Source: the human T2T-CHM13v2.0 reference genome, Homo sapiens
Reading direction: 5' to 3' (one strand)
Assembly (NCBI RefSeq): GCF_009914755.1
Contig: NC_060931.1
DNA length: 64,000 bases
How positions within the stretch are numbered: position 1 is the first letter of the stretch; each line of letters starts with the position of its first letter. The notes beneath the pieces were generated by a model. That model saw only the letters and a program-made list of their open reading frames with translations. It was not told the DNA's origin and searched no databases. This document shows positions 40,521 through 54,745 of the stretch, one piece after another. The position numbers and the translations under genes were made by a program.

Positions 40521-43500
40521 CTGTAAACAAACACAGGCAAGGCCAGTGAGAAATCAGAAACCAAGTTGCTTATTATTTCATGGTGTTGCTGTGTGTTGTG
40601 GGAATTACAAATGACTCTAAAATATTGTTTCTACCCTCCAGGAGCCTAGAATGTCAATCCGTGATCTTTCTCATCAATTCTGTTTATGTTTTATTTATCC
40701 CCATATGAAAGCTAAACAGTAAAATTTATTCTGTATCCAACTGAAGGGCATGTTTTTAAATTTCTAAAACCCCAAATATGTCAAATGTTAGTAAACACTG
40801 CTAGACTGAGAACAGTGAAAATAACTTTTAAATACTTGTTCGATGCCATTGCTTATAACTTGTAAGACCAACATAGAAATTTATCTGTAGTTTATCAGTG
40901 AAAGTTGATAGACCAGGATTTTATCAGCTAAGAAAGGAGGGATATGCCAGGGCCTATGGAATTTTAGGAAAAAGGGAAGCCTTTAATTGGGTGAGGAAAA
41001 GTAGAAATTGAGTTATAACCTCTTCCATGGGTCGTTTATTAGCACATGGTCATTAACATCTATCCCCAGGTTCCTAAGCAGGAAGCAGGAAAAGCAACAA
41101 ACCAGAGAAAGTCCTGAGCCCCCTTTGAACTTTATAGAAAGGCACTTTATAAATCCTAGGAAAATGAATTTATGTTATAATTTGTCTAGAGTGACTCTGA
41201 GTTAAAACTCTTTTGAAGGTAGGGCCTGTTTGATACACCATATAGAAAGTCACCTCTCTCCCTGCCCCCCAGACAGTGTAGCCCATCCTGTGTTGACTTG
41301 TCCTCTATTGACCATGATTTTTTTTTTTGGCATTCTTTCCTGTGGATCTAGATTAAAAGTATTAAGAAATACACCTTAAAGAGAAAGAGCCTATTCAATA
41401 GGAGGCCTAGAGGGCAGGAAAGAAGAATTTAGCCCTTTGTCATGAAGTGGAATGAGTAGTCCTCCCTGAGTGTTGATTAAACAAGATTATAATCAGCCAT
41501 GTATGGTTGCGACTTAATTGGCAGGCAGATCTGCTTGCTGTGCAGAGCAGTATATTTGTATGTGCTCATTTTTTTAAATGTGTTCCAAACCCTTATAGTT
41601 GAGTTGATTTTTTTTTTTTTTTGCAATAATGATATGCTTTCAGTAGCGTGTCATTTTCTTTACCCTTGTAGAGAGATAACATGCAATTAGGGAGTGATGT
41701 CAGCCTGTAACATTTTGGTGTAAAATTTTGGTCACACCAAAATACTGGGCTCCTTAACAAAGCTGGCAGACACATCTTTTGGCAGCAGCTGCTCGCCATG
41801 TGATTTAAAACTTCCTGTCACTATAATTGATGTGTTTTTATTCTTTCCATTTCCTGAAGCCTGATCAGAATTAAAATTGCTGTTGGAATTTCCTGTCAAA
41901 GCAACTCATTTATTCTCTGAGCTCTGCACTTTGATTGGACATTGCCTTCAGCAATAGTCAGGTGGAGATTGCTGGGAATTATTCTCTCCACACAGGTTAG
42001 ATGGCCACGCACGGCACATCTGCAAATCTACACAGATTGTCCATCATGTGGTAAACTTGTCCTAATGGAAACTCCACATGCCAAATGTTAATGATTTGAA
42101 TATCAAACTTGGCCACCTGCTGGGGCCTCTGGGTTTTGTGTTAATTTAGGAAATCCCGTAGAGTTTTCAGCCAATTGTCTCACCATTGAATTTAGATTGT
42201 TGTTCCAAGGTTCACTAGTGAAGCATCTCAGAACAAGACTCTGATCTGTCCCTGGTTTAGATAACATGACTAAAAATGTTTAATTTTTAAGCCCATTTCT
42301 CCATCCCTTCTGTTCCCCCATATGCTATTTACATATAACATCTTGGGGTGATTGGGGGTATAAGGGATGAATGGTTCTGAAATATGCCCTAGTAGATACT
42401 TGCTCACAGATGTGTGGCCAAGACAACTACAAAAATTCAGACGTGGGTAAAATAGTAGGCAGTGGAAAGATCTAAATTCTACCTCGTTTTATTTTTATAT
42501 CTGAAAGTAAATCCATAAAATTACTTCTTTATGCAAAGGAAAGAATCACTAACTTTCCTCAGTGTATCCACTGCACAGAGGATTTATTTATTTACTTTTT
42601 GATTGTGAGTTCATCTTCTTTACAAATGACTGTTTTCCAGTTGAGGCAGGTGAAAGAAACGCTTTCATGAGCTTAAAGAAGAGGTTGATTAAGTTTAATG
42701 CCCTGGACAATAAGGACTATCTTTACTTATCCTGGTGATTAGACTCGAAGATTTCATTATGGAAATGGGAATCTCTTTTTTTAAAAATACAACAACCTAT
42801 CCTATAAACCACAACACAAAGACGTTTTTAAAAATAATACTTTATTGAAAACTCAATCTGGCATTTAAAATGCTTTTGTTTTGTCACCAAGTAAAGGTAG
42901 GCTTTTTGATTTTTTTTCCAAGTACTTGTAAAATATTGTTTTTAATATTTCAAAAATGTGAAATCCACAAGTCTCAGACCTTGTTTTGAGACTTTGCTTA
43001 CCCCCACCACCTAGGACAGTGCCTTACAAATTGTAGATACTCAATTGATATTTATTAAGTGAATGAAGGAAGCCCTGTAGAATTGTAAAATGTCAAAGCA
43101 ATGGGGAAGGGACCATGTTACATCTGGAGACAGAGCTTCCAAGCATAGTAATCTTGCTCTGCATAAGGATTTCTGACCCTGCTTATATGTCAGAATCACC
43201 AGAGGGGCTTTAAAAAACAACCACAAACAAACTGGTGCCGGGATGCCTCCATGGGCCATGAAATCTGAATCTTCTGTTGGTCACTCTTGGGCTGAAATGA
43301 TGTTCAAGTCAGAGGTCAGCGTTTCCCCATACTGGGCACCCTTGAGATTGAATCCCAGGCACATTCCACTCCAGATGGCCAGGTCTGATGTGTTGGTTCC
43401 ACCAAGTCAGAATCATCCTGGACATTTTTTATATATTAGCTTGAGTCAATGACTCCTTGAAAAATGGAGATGGAGAACAGCAGTTGGTGGAGAGAGTGAA

Positions 43501-46500
43501 CCACTCCTTCAGGCACGTTGTGAGCTGAACTAATTTAAAATCACAGGTAAGGATAATGCTACATGTGGAGTGTGTTAGAAACCACCACTTTCATTCAATG
43601 TTTCTAGCATGTTAGGATATTTAAAGCACGGAGGGGAAGAAAAATTACATCACTAGATTTTTTTCTGATCTTAAAGTAAGTTTTGAATATTTGATTCTTT
43701 TCTATGAATATTCTCCGGGAACTTCTACCATTGTTATCTGACTTCTATTCTACCTCTGTATGTATCTCTTTTGCCTTCTTATTCCCCAAAGCCTCTGATT
43801 TTAGAGCAGCTTGCAGAAATAGTGGTGAATAATGTGCTTATTATCATGTAGGTGCTCGCCTGTATTTTGTATGCAAGGAGGTATCTGTTCCATGGGACAC
43901 ATGAGTTTGCCCTGACGATGACCCAGAAAGGGTCTGCATGTGTATTTCTGCTGCCTTTTCCGGCCACAGCTTGGGGAGCTTGTCTGTAGAGGGCGTCCGA
44001 GGCTCCATGGATAGTGAGGTCCATCCTACTGCATTTTCAACACTGCTCCATAGCCTGTGCTCAGCATGCCACTGGAAAGGAATCCTAGCTGTATTCTCTT
44101 CAAATTTCCCTTCCCCTTTAATTCTTACTTCCTTCTTGTGACATTCTGCTATTCTTTGCCACAAACCATTGCAAAACAACCCATACAAGAGTTTTTGCCT
44201 CCTCCTTGGCTAGGGTAGAAGGCTCTTTGGAAACCACAAAGCCACATCTCCAGGGAACAGTAGCTTTATTAATATAATAATCACCACCATCATGGCCTGG
44301 ATACAATATACACATTACTTTAGAAAGAAAAATAAGGACTATCTGGGGTTTGCTGGAGAAGCTGCACTTGAGGTTAGATGTGTATAGTTAAATTTGGAGT
44401 CAAGCTGAGGTCATTGCTAAGGAGATTTGGAGTTGGAAATCCATGTGGAAAATGGTTGCCCCATGGAAGTTATCCTCTCACCATTAAAACTCATTTTGAA
44501 TAATATCAGTTAGGGAAAATACGAGGGTTTGATCCTGTAAGACTTGGGCTTTTCTTGATGCCCTGGTTTACTTGGAAAATAAGTTGTATGGTATATAATC
44601 TTTGCCATCCATCCTCTCTTTCTCAAAAAAATCCTAGCACAAATGGAATAAAAAAGTTTTATTAAGAAGAATCATACCATGTATGTTTCATGAGATTTTC
44701 ATTCTAAATAACATATAAGGAATGAGTTGCACAATACCAAATATTTTAGACTGTGTTCCTTCTAAATAAGTTGAGTGTATTTAATGAAAGATTTTCTCCA
44801 ATTGAAATGGAATAAGAAGAAAATATTAAAAGGTCCTTTAATTTCTTATTTGGTTGTTTCTTGGATATAGAGGAGGAAGAAAAAATAAAGTGTGGCAAAA
44901 CAAACAAACATGGCATCCTCCTTTTTAAGCAATCATGTCAGCTTGGATGGAAATAACAAAGGATCCCAACTAAGTGTGCCAGAGCCTCCGGCAAAGGCAG
45001 ACTGCTGACATGGCAGCTGTATGTTTCCAGCTGATTTTAGGCCTAGATAACTATCCCTTTCAGCTTAAATGATGCTCTACAGTCATTGACTAGTGCCCAG
45101 TTAGGTTGGAGCACAGTTCTTTTGGAACCTGTTCAGACCAACTTGGACTGCCTGTGAGATCTGGGCCAAGATCAGACTGGTTTCCTGGAGCCTGAGGCAT
45201 AGTACAGGCTGTAGTAAAAGGGACAGAGTTCTCTGCATGTGTAGTAGAATGTATCATTGCATCTGTTTGCTACCTTTACTTTTTAAGAATAATCACAAAT
45301 GAGTGAGAGCTACACTGTATTCTTCAGACTGAAGCAGGGTGTACACCAAATATCTTTTCCAATAATCTGTAAATTCAACAGGTTATTTTTCTTTTCTGTT
45401 TTAAAAATAGCTTGTACTTATCCCCCTCCTCTCCAACCCAAGTGTGGCTCTTGAACTATTTTCAATATATTGCCTTTTTAGGATCCCAAATTCTCCTTTT
45501 AATGTGAAACTTGCTTTAATTGACCAAAAATGCCATTTTCAAAATGTTCAATTCTCTGCAAAAGCATTGCTTACTGACAGTGCTTATTGATGAAGGCTGT
45601 GGAATCTAAAGGATGTCAACAGATGAATGAAGCCTAGTATGGTGAGATGAGGGCTGCCATCTGCTTAAGGGTTGGCCAAACACCTGGATAATTTAGGCTA
45701 AAAGACCAGCCATTTCTTCATTCTGAATACATAACAGAAATCACTGCTTTTTAGGTTTGGCCTCAATCAACAACAAGAACTGATTTCCCTGGTGATGCTG
45801 AACAAATGTTTAAGAGAGTAAGATCTGAAACTGATTCTCCAACTTTAGTGGGCCAGTGCATAAAATGATCCAGGTTTTCTGAATGCACATGAGCTGCCAG
45901 ATGGGTTGTTTAGTATAAGCAGTGCAATCTTTGTTTCTTTAGCTGCTGTCTGCAAATATTGGTATTTAAGGGCGGCTCTAAAGTGACCAAAGAAAGTTTG
46001 TGAAATTCAAGAGGCTGTCTTTTTCCTTTCCCAAAAAATAATTGTTTTTGGTATATGAGCCCAGGAGATAATTGCATGCTGACTTCTTGTTCTCCAGTGG
46101 CGTGTCTTTTCCTGCTATTGAGCAGAACTGAAATAGTTAGCATGTAGAAAAATACATGGAATATTAAACTAAAATATGTCTGTCTAGGGATCCATTTAGT
46201 TGCCTCCAATAGCTCCTTTCTTTGTGAATGCCATTATGTTTATATATATTTAAATGCCCCCTTTGCTACACTGGTTTTAGCTTCTTGTTAGCATCACTTC
46301 TTGTTAGCATGATGTTCTACAGCACAAGGCAGCTGAAGAAGTGAAACATGTGTTGAAGAATTTATGCAGTGTCCTTAGATTCTTTCATTAAGAGAAGCAA
46401 GAATAATAGGTGCATATTATAAGCTTGCTGTGTTAAGCAATATGTTATTGCTATGCTTGACAGACATCTTGTTTACATTCATGTTATATATTGGGGAAAC

Positions 46501-47479
46501 CATTGCATTTTAAGAACATGGCATTTTTTTATAGTATTATTTATACTGTGCCTCATATGCATGGGAAACGTAGTCGTCTAAAAACATGATATGTTTTAAA
46601 TCCACTTGTCTCCTCCTCCTAATGAAATATTCCAAGTGCTTTCCCCCCAGCGTAGGGAGTTCAACGTGTTCTTTATTCAGGCCATTCTAATTACTGCCAG
46701 CCACATTCCCTCAATTTATTAAAACAATGGCCCAGCTTATTTCAGTTTAGTTTAATTCATGTGTGAAAACTTTACCCCCATCTTATTCCATGGAGAACAG
46801 TATGAAAGCTATCTTTCTAGTTGGTCCAGTGTTTTTGTTTTTAGAAAAGCACCGGCTGTTTCCAGGCTGACTCAGGAACTTCATTAATTTAGTTGAGCCT
46901 TGTGCAATTGTTAATGGGCATGAGATAGCCTAGTGGTGCAGCCTCATCTGGAGTGCAAAATATTACAGTACTCCATGGCCAAATCTTGGTAGCAAGTATT
47001 TTTTGCTATCTTTACCCTCACTAAGGAGAAACGTGAAGTGTGAGGCAATTTAGTATAGTTAGTATTTTAGTAGTAAGTACCGTATATTGAAGGTGGGAAA
47101 TAAGAACATATTTACCTTCTCCTAGTTTTTACATCTTTTGCACACTGAAATCAAACTGTGCTTCTCCAAAGTGTTTTGTGCCATTTTACCCAAATGCTTC
47201 CAACTTATTTAGGGAAGTGTTCATTTTAAGAGTGTGGCACCTTGTATTTTCTGAAGCATCCTTTTCTACCTCCAACAGGGAGCAGCAAGGCTAGTCACAG
47301 CTAGTTCTAGCTGGACAGTAATCCATGCCAAGGACTGGAACCCAGAAGAAGTAAAAGTGAAGAAAATAAGTGGAGCTGGATTAAAAGATAGACCCACACA
47401 CAAAGAGGCAGACAGGAGACTTAATGTTTGCAATGTTTCAGCTTGTGGGAAAACCAACTGTCATGTGAATATTCTGCAA

Positions 47480-47720
47480 AGAACAGAAATGATATCATTT
47501 TATTAGCACCACAATTCATAGTTTATTGTATGCTTCCATTTTCCAGGCCTTGCTAAGTGGATCCTTTATTTAAATTTATCCTTATAACAACTCTGTGGGG
47601 AAAGTTCAATCATTCCTCTTTGATAGGTAAGGAAACTGAGGCTTACAGAGGTTGTAGAGCTGTGTGAGGGTACAACCAATAATTAGTAGAAGCAGAATTT
47701 GAATCTCTGTTTGACTCCAA
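47480..47720 (-). mobile_element. MIR
   Basis: AAGGAAACTGAGGCTTACAGAGGTT..AGAATTTGAATC..TGACTCCAAAG. Confidence 0.62.
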
Positions 47721-48452
47721 AGAATGAGAATGTGCATCATTGGTAGGGTGTACTTAGTTGAATGCTAGAAAGCAGTGGATGCTGCTGTGAGATAACTTGG
47801 CTTAGAGCAGAAAGCAACTCCCAAAGAGAGCCTAGAGACAGGTGGGTGGAGAGGAGCAGCAGTATCCTGAGAATGTGTTGACAGTTTGGCAACATTTTAT
47901 GGCTAGATCAAAAGATTTCTAGTCCAGTTTTGCCTTATTTTTCTGGAGGCATAGGTACTAGGCAGCTGATAAGTGGGCTTGGTTAGCCCTTTATTTTAGG
48001 GTATATGGAGAAGTTTAGACTGCCCTAAATCTGGCAACTGCATTATGGTGCAAGGGCATCACATCACAGAATCCACATGACATTACTTCCAGAGTACTGT
48101 TACCAAGGACCTGGACCCTAGCCAGACCTCAGGCCCTTGATCCTCAGTTCCTCTTTCCCTGCTCATCTGTGTAAGATGGAGGCAGCTGACTCCCAGAGCA
48201 ACTGCTGGATGGGCTGATGGACAGAAGGAGATGCACCCTAGTAAGCCATAAGTGATATGCTTTGCCTAGCTAATTCTGCAAAAGAGAAGTGACAGATACT
48301 CAGCATTGAGAAATTGGTCAGATTATTTATAACAAAATGGGAGGAGACTGGAGACTGGGAGATGAAGAGACACATTTTCAGCCAATGGCAGATGCAGGAC
48401 ATCACAGAACATTCTCTTAGGATTTGCATGTTGGTTAGTATTGGGGAGATTT

Positions 48453-48555
48453 TACATATATATGTAAAAATACATATGTATGTATACATATGTGTGTATG
48501 TATATATATACACATATACACATGCACACATACACACAAAGATATATATATACAG
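48453..48555. repeat. Degenerate (TA)n/(CA)n microsatellite
   Basis: Alternating purine-pyrimidine tract (TACATATATATG..TACACACA). Confidence 0.85.
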
Positions 48556-50054
48556 ACATCCCAATAATAAGCTTTCTGTAAATAGCAGAAGGGAATGTGA
48601 TCTTGAATTCTTGGAAAACTTTTTCCTTGACATCCAATATCTCTGAAAAGAATTGTCAGTTAAAGTGTATGTTCTAAAAACTTTTAGCTCCTTCTTTGGA
48701 CTATCTGCCTGCCACTTGATTGTTTACTCTCTGACCCACTGGCATGATATTTCTATATTGATTTTCCCAACATTCCTTTTGTCACATCTCTGTTCAAAGT
48801 TTCAGAATGCTGAAGTTGCCTATGCAAAAAGTCAAAATGCCTTATCACTGAAATCAGTACTTTTCACAAGCTAATTTCAGCCTGCATTTCCAGGTTCATT
48901 TCTACAGTTTCCCTGTGTAAGTTCTCTAGTTTAAGCAAGTGGGTCAATTTATTGTTTCTGACCCTTATTTAAAGTGTTGTTTTCACTTACAATGCCTCCA
49001 CTGTTTTCTTTACCTGTTGGAATGCCAATTGGAAGCCAAATTGATGGCCTAGAATTATAAACCATGACAGGCAACAGACAAGGTGCATTTTGGTTGGAAA
49101 GTAATTGAGGTCATAAATAGCAGTAGTTTCAGAGTGGATGAAGTAAAGAGGTTCCCATGTTGCGTGTGCAGAAACACTAAGGCAAGCCTTGGTCCACTGG
49201 GTCAGTGACATCGGAATGGAATAGGTCAGTACCCTGGATAGCTCCCAGGAATACAAAACTCGAGTGCTGACAAGGTTCTATACTTGGAGTTGTAGACCTA
49301 CTCAGCTGCAGACTCATATTTTCTGCACCCCTTTTTCTTAAAAAGGCCACTGTCATTTTTCCTCTAAGTTTAGCAACTAGAGATTCTAAGACTCATGCTA
49401 ATATTGCCCTTCTTCTTTCCTGACCTATGTCTCAAACTCACGTGGGGTCCCTGATTATGCTGAAGGGTTTATCCTCCATTTTATTGCATGAGATGTTCGC
49501 CAGGGGGTTTGTCTTTCTTCGGGTAGGGATAGGGACTGGACTTCTACTAACGCCCCATTGTGTCTGGGCTTTTTTTTTTTTTCATAGATGGCATTTCATT
49601 ATCCTGTCAACACTGTGAGCAGATTAAAATTTTGCCCATCCTTCAAGATTAAGTCCCACTCTCACCTTTGCTTTGATCTCTCCACTGATCAGCCCAATAT
49701 AAAAGTAGCTCTCTCTCATCTTAACTAGAACACTTTGTAGTCTTTATAGTCATTCATTTCAATATTAATGATATACTGTTCTTTATAAGCTATCTTTTTA
49801 TCTCTCTGTGTTATAGCTCTCCAATTGGCTTGGATGCTTCTTGGGGACATGCTTCTTAGCAACAGGGCTTCCCAACGGTAAGGACCCAGTGAGGATGCAC
49901 TGCAGATTATTGCATGAACTATATTTTTTCTGGGAAAGACAGAGAGAACAGTTTCAAGTTTTCTGATAGACATGTTCAGTCAGTAGCCCTTTTCAATTAT
50001 ATGTAAAATATATTTCTTGAAGTTTCTATTATTTCTGGAAGCCTTCTCCTTGTT

Positions 50055-50300
50055 GTGGTGTAATGAATATAGCATGGACTGTTGTGAGCCAAAGAGACCT
50101 GGGTTTGCATTCTTATTTCACCACTTATAACTGTGACCTTGGGCAAGTTACTTAATCCCCTTGAGCTACGGTTTCTGCATCTAGGAGTATGGAAACAGAA
50201 TTCACTGCATATGATATTCGTAAAAAGTAAATGAGATATTGAATGTAAAGGGTCTCAATCACTTGTCACAGAGTGAGAGGCTTAATTCTTATTGATGCCT
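50055..50300 (+). mobile_element. MIR
   Basis: AGACCTGGGTTTG..CTGTGACCTTGGGCAAGTTACTTAA. Confidence 0.75.
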
Positions 50301-53096
50301 TTTCCTTTTTTTATACATCTGTGGCTCTTGCTTTTTAATCAAACTTTTCTGAGGGTCTTTAAAACACCACCTTTACGTATTTTCCACCATGTGCTCACAG
50401 TGAGTCCTTGATCTCGGTGAAGGACTTATCTTTCACTTCCATTTATTCCTAGAATTAGCCTTAATTTTTTTTTCATTAAAAGATTGAGACTTAGTTGCTT
50501 TATTTGTTATTCAAAAAACAGACCTTTAAGCTGTATGCTTATATTTACTGGGGTGGGAGAATTTGTCTTTGAGGAAATCAGGGTGGAGTACATTTGCTCT
50601 TGCTTCTTTTATTTATAGAAAGCCCCATTATCAAGCAACCTGAAAAACTACAGTCTACTATAGCTCCAAGAAAATTAAATGCTTGTGACAAACAGAGGTC
50701 TCAGGACACACATTGGGCAGCCCAGTCTTCATTGCTTGCAAGTGGCTGATTCTCAGAGACTGTGAAGGAAAAGTCTTAGAATAAATCTGAATATTTATGA
50801 AAGAAAACCAAAGCATTTTAGCTGGGCTTCCATCTCTTTAAACAATACCAGTCACAGAAATGTGGTTTCATAGTCATTTAAAATACAGTTTACAGAGGAA
50901 TTAAGCTAAACCACTTAAGCTCTCCAAGCAGCTGTGCTTTCTCAGCTTCCTTACCGAGAGCTGCTTGCAGAACATCCGCTTTGAAATCGGCAGCTCAGTC
51001 AAAAACAGAGCTGTTGATCTCTGAGCTACTTGCTTTTTCTTGTCCCACACTTCTCAGGTAATGCAAAACAGTGGAAAAATATTTGGATACGAGCATATAT
51101 CCTTGCCCCGCTTTTTCATGTTTGAAGCAGCCTTACTCTCATGAGTGTAAGTGAGCACCTGAAAATGAGTTAAGGTCACACAGTGTGTGCTTTCATAAGC
51201 CACCATATAATTGCCAGAATGACCGTTTATATTTTGGGGGAAACTTTAGGACTTCTGTCTTCCCGGAGAATAATCTGGCACTTAAAGCTGTGTACAGTCA
51301 GCCTAACCTCCTCTCACTTGCACATGGGAGCCCTTGGACTCAGCCCGTTGGTCTCTTCACTCTTCACTATGGTCAAATCACATTCCTGTCCCTGTGCCTG
51401 TGGTCTTGCTCTTCCCTACTCTTCCAGTGACATTCCCTCTGCTGTTTAACTAGCCCCAACCCCACCCATTCCACTGCTGAAAGCCCAAGACTCATCTCCT
51501 CACAAATAGTTCCTACAGCCTCTTCAGTTCAGTTTCCCATCCTCATTCTCTGCCTTTTACCAGGACTGTATCGGTTCATTTGGTCCTTGTTCTCAAGTAG
51601 ACCACAGGGCAGTCTACTTGAGAATGAATGTCTCAATCAACTGTTTTTTTTTTTTTGGTCTCAGAATATATATATATATTCAACATTCAATAAATATTGT
51701 TTAACAGAATTATCAGTTACATGGAAAAGTAGAAAAGCATTGTCAAATTGAGTTCTATTTTTTGAAAACAAAATATGAGTAGCAAGAAATAAATAGAATG
51801 AAAACAATACTTGCAAATTATGTAAGTAAATTCAACCAAATGTGACAGATGGAAATTTTTATAATTGTTAACTATGTTTTATTTACTTTTTATAACATAT
51901 TTTAACTAATACAAAATAGTGTTTAGGTGTTGGCAAATTTAGTTAAGCAGTCATGGGTATCTTATTTAAGGAAGAAGATCATGAAATGCTCTTTTTAACC
52001 TTGTTAAACAACCACGGGAGGAGATGGAGACTACCCGTGCAAGGAGACTGCACTTATAGAGTTTAATAAAAATGTATCTATCATAAACTTAGTTTCTAAA
52101 ACAATAAAATATTTGTTTATAGAACCCTATCATGGAGCTCTCTAGTTTTGCAAATGAGCTATTTTTCCACATTTCATTCTATAAGCAAGCATTTGACACC
52201 TAAATAGCGAGCTGTAGATTTAACATCTATTGTGTTATACCCTAAATATCAAAGATTTAAAAAAACACTGGTAGGCACTATTGATGAGACCATGAAAAGA
52301 GTTTTGAGGAAAATAATGCAGCCTTTTGTACCAGAAAACAGTAATAATAAAAAAAGTGAATGACTCATGATGCTCATAATACACCAAATGGCTAAATATT
52401 ACTGGTTGAACAACTCTTCAACTCTGATTTCCTGAGCATTTTTCTAGCTAATCTGTAGGATTTAGCATTCAGTCGTCTGGCCTCTCTGGGTGGGGCGAGG
52501 GGTGGGGGTTCATCCATAGCCAAATGCAGGAGAGCCTCCTTGATTGCTCACTAGCAGCCCAGGAATCTAGGACTCCTGGTGATTTTCCCCAGCGGTTGGT
52601 TTAGAAAGTGTGCAGGCTTAGATACATGGAGAGCAGAGTGCTCGGCAGGGCATCCCCAGTGGAGCAGCACTGGAAAGCTGGCATCACCACATTATCATAT
52701 CCAGAGTCATAGTAAAATGTACCTTGTTAAATGTGATCTTGGCCTCTAAAGAAACAAAAGACTACTTTTAAGACAAAACATAAACTGCATTACAAGCCAG
52801 GGAGTAGGGTTGATGGGAGGACTATGGGACGGCAGTGGGGGGAAATTAGAGAGTTGGGCACAGCTCTCCCAGACAGTGTCTGAAGAAAAAAGACTGTGTT
52901 TGTTCCTGGAACAGACCAAAAAGGGAGGATGTGAAGACTGATGAAATACCAAAGAGAGACTTGGGATAAAGACAGTTCTAATTGAAAGGGAAAGAATGGC
53001 AGGACAAAAGTTCATGGGGAGGAGAAAGAGGAGCTCAGTAATGAGACAGCAGAAAAAAAAAAAAAAACCCAGCTGAAAACTCTGGAGAAACTTGGA

Positions 53097-53136
53097 GGGT
53101 GGGAGGGGGGTGGGGGGGGGGGCGGGGCGGGAAGGG
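53097..53136 (+). other. G-run tract with G-quadruplex potential
   Basis: Seven G-runs of 3 or more (one of 11) separated by 1-2-nt loops. Confidence 0.75.
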
Positions 53137-53540
53137 AAAATACAACTTGGATATTTTTCGAACTCTAGCAGCAACAAGGATGTTTCCTAACCACATCTTT
53201 GGCTGTGAGAACCTTGTTGTTGGAAATTACATGTAAAACAAAAATGTGTCCAGATTCCATTTTGTATCTATTCATTTTTAAACCTGTGTTTATTGGGCAT
53301 CTTCTGTGTGACTACATTGCACTACAGCCGGGGTTTCAGGGGGCATGGCTTGGGCATGCTCACACTCTGCTGTCCTGGAATGTGAAGGAATTGGATCCTG
53401 GGCCATGAAAGGAAAAGAGGAAGGAGGAAGAGAAGGACCTGGCAGAAGGAATGAGGGTGAAGCTGGAGTGACTTTTATAAAATATAAATAAATCGCATCA
53501 CCCCCTTGCTTAAAACCCTTCCGTGGTATCTGGTGCTCTT

Positions 53541-53684
53541 TTTTTAAGGAAAAATTGTATTATTTTAATTATTTTTATGTACAGAAAACTCAACAGTGTA
53601 CATTTAAGCCACTTTGGTGTGACAAGTTCTTTAACCTTTGCCTCTTCGAGCTTGGCAGTGCGAGCCACAGACTTGGGACCCAGC
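53541..53684 (-). pseudogene. RPL7A: 5'-truncated RPL7A processed retrocopy (last codons, 3'UTR, short poly(A))
   Basis: The minus strand reads [20 protein letters not shown], versus recalled RPL7A [20 protein letters not shown]. It continues TAAATGTACACTGTTGAGTTTTCTGTACATAAAAATAATT..TTCCTT then A7. TSD ATCTGGTGCTCTT (53528-40) / ATCTGGTTGCTCTT (53685-98). Confidence 0.88.
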
Positions 53685-54559
53685 ATCTGGTTGCTCTTGA
53701 GATCAGTCCAAACTCCTTGCTAGGTGCTTTGAGACCTGCGTTACCTGGACTGAGCCTCGTTCTCCATCCTGTTTCATCTGTCTTTCTCTCTCTTTCTCAG
53801 ATGGTCATTTTGGGGTTGCGCTTGATTCAAGTGCACTTCAGAGGTGGTCCTGGGTCAGAAGACTGGCTGCAGAGCTGGCCCCACTGTTAGGCCACTGCAA
53901 GAATCTCCTTGCCTCTTTTCCTTGCATTGTCCCCACCTTGTCACCCCTATAGGGATGCTGTAAGGATGAAGGCTTTGCTCTTGCTTTGTTTGACCTATCT
54001 GAATTGGAGGACTCAGAATTCTTCTTTCTCCTTTCATTTCCACTCAATATTGAGTCCCTCCTAAGGCCTGTGAATTATTTCTTCATATTTCTTGGATCCT
54101 GTACCTTTCATGTCATTCCCAGAGCTAAAACCCTAACTCTAGCCATTATTACATCACACCTGAAATAATACAGCTTCCTAAATGCTACCCCCATCTGTTC
54201 CTCCTCCCACCCAGATTAACTGGCATTCAGGACTTCTGTGTCCAGGAGCCAGATGTTTTGTATTTTCTGTTATATTATCTGACAGCCCTAGCCCTTCATC
54301 CATGCATGTATAATCCATGTAAAGTGGACACTTATCCCTGGAAGTGGTAAGTCTTGAGCTGGGCTCTGAGGCATGGATTAAGGTTTAGAGAGGCTGAAGG
54401 GCAGGACAGGGCCTCCTGGGCATTAGCAAGGGTTTGGAGGCAGGTGTGCTGGGGCCAGTAAGTAGAGCAGAGAGTAATGGGAAATCAGGTTGCATTGGGC
54501 TTTGGCTGCCTTGTCAAGGCATTAGAAGAATAGGAATCAGTACAAGAATTATGGACATT

Positions 54560-54745
54560 TATAGGTTACAGACTGGGTTCAAGTCCTATTGCTGTCACTT
54601 ATTAGTTACATGAACTTTGAAAGTACTCAGATTTCTCACCTGTTAAAGAGGCAATAGCACCCCTCACAGGGTTGTTTTGAAAATGAAATCAGATCATACA
54701 TACATGTAGCTCACAGTTGCTCATGACTAGCATGTAGTAGAGGTT
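54560..54745 (+). mobile_element. MIR
   Basis: ACTGGGTTCAAGTCC..TTTCTCACCTGT..CCTCACAGGGTTGTT. Confidence 0.62.

Noticed and set aside
46281-46310. CTTCTTGTTAGCAT direct repeat
   Set aside because: An ordinary small slippage duplication.
48238-48646. Overlapping 110-131-aa ORFs
   Set aside because: They stay open because of the TA/CA microsatellite (YIYTYTH-type low complexity).
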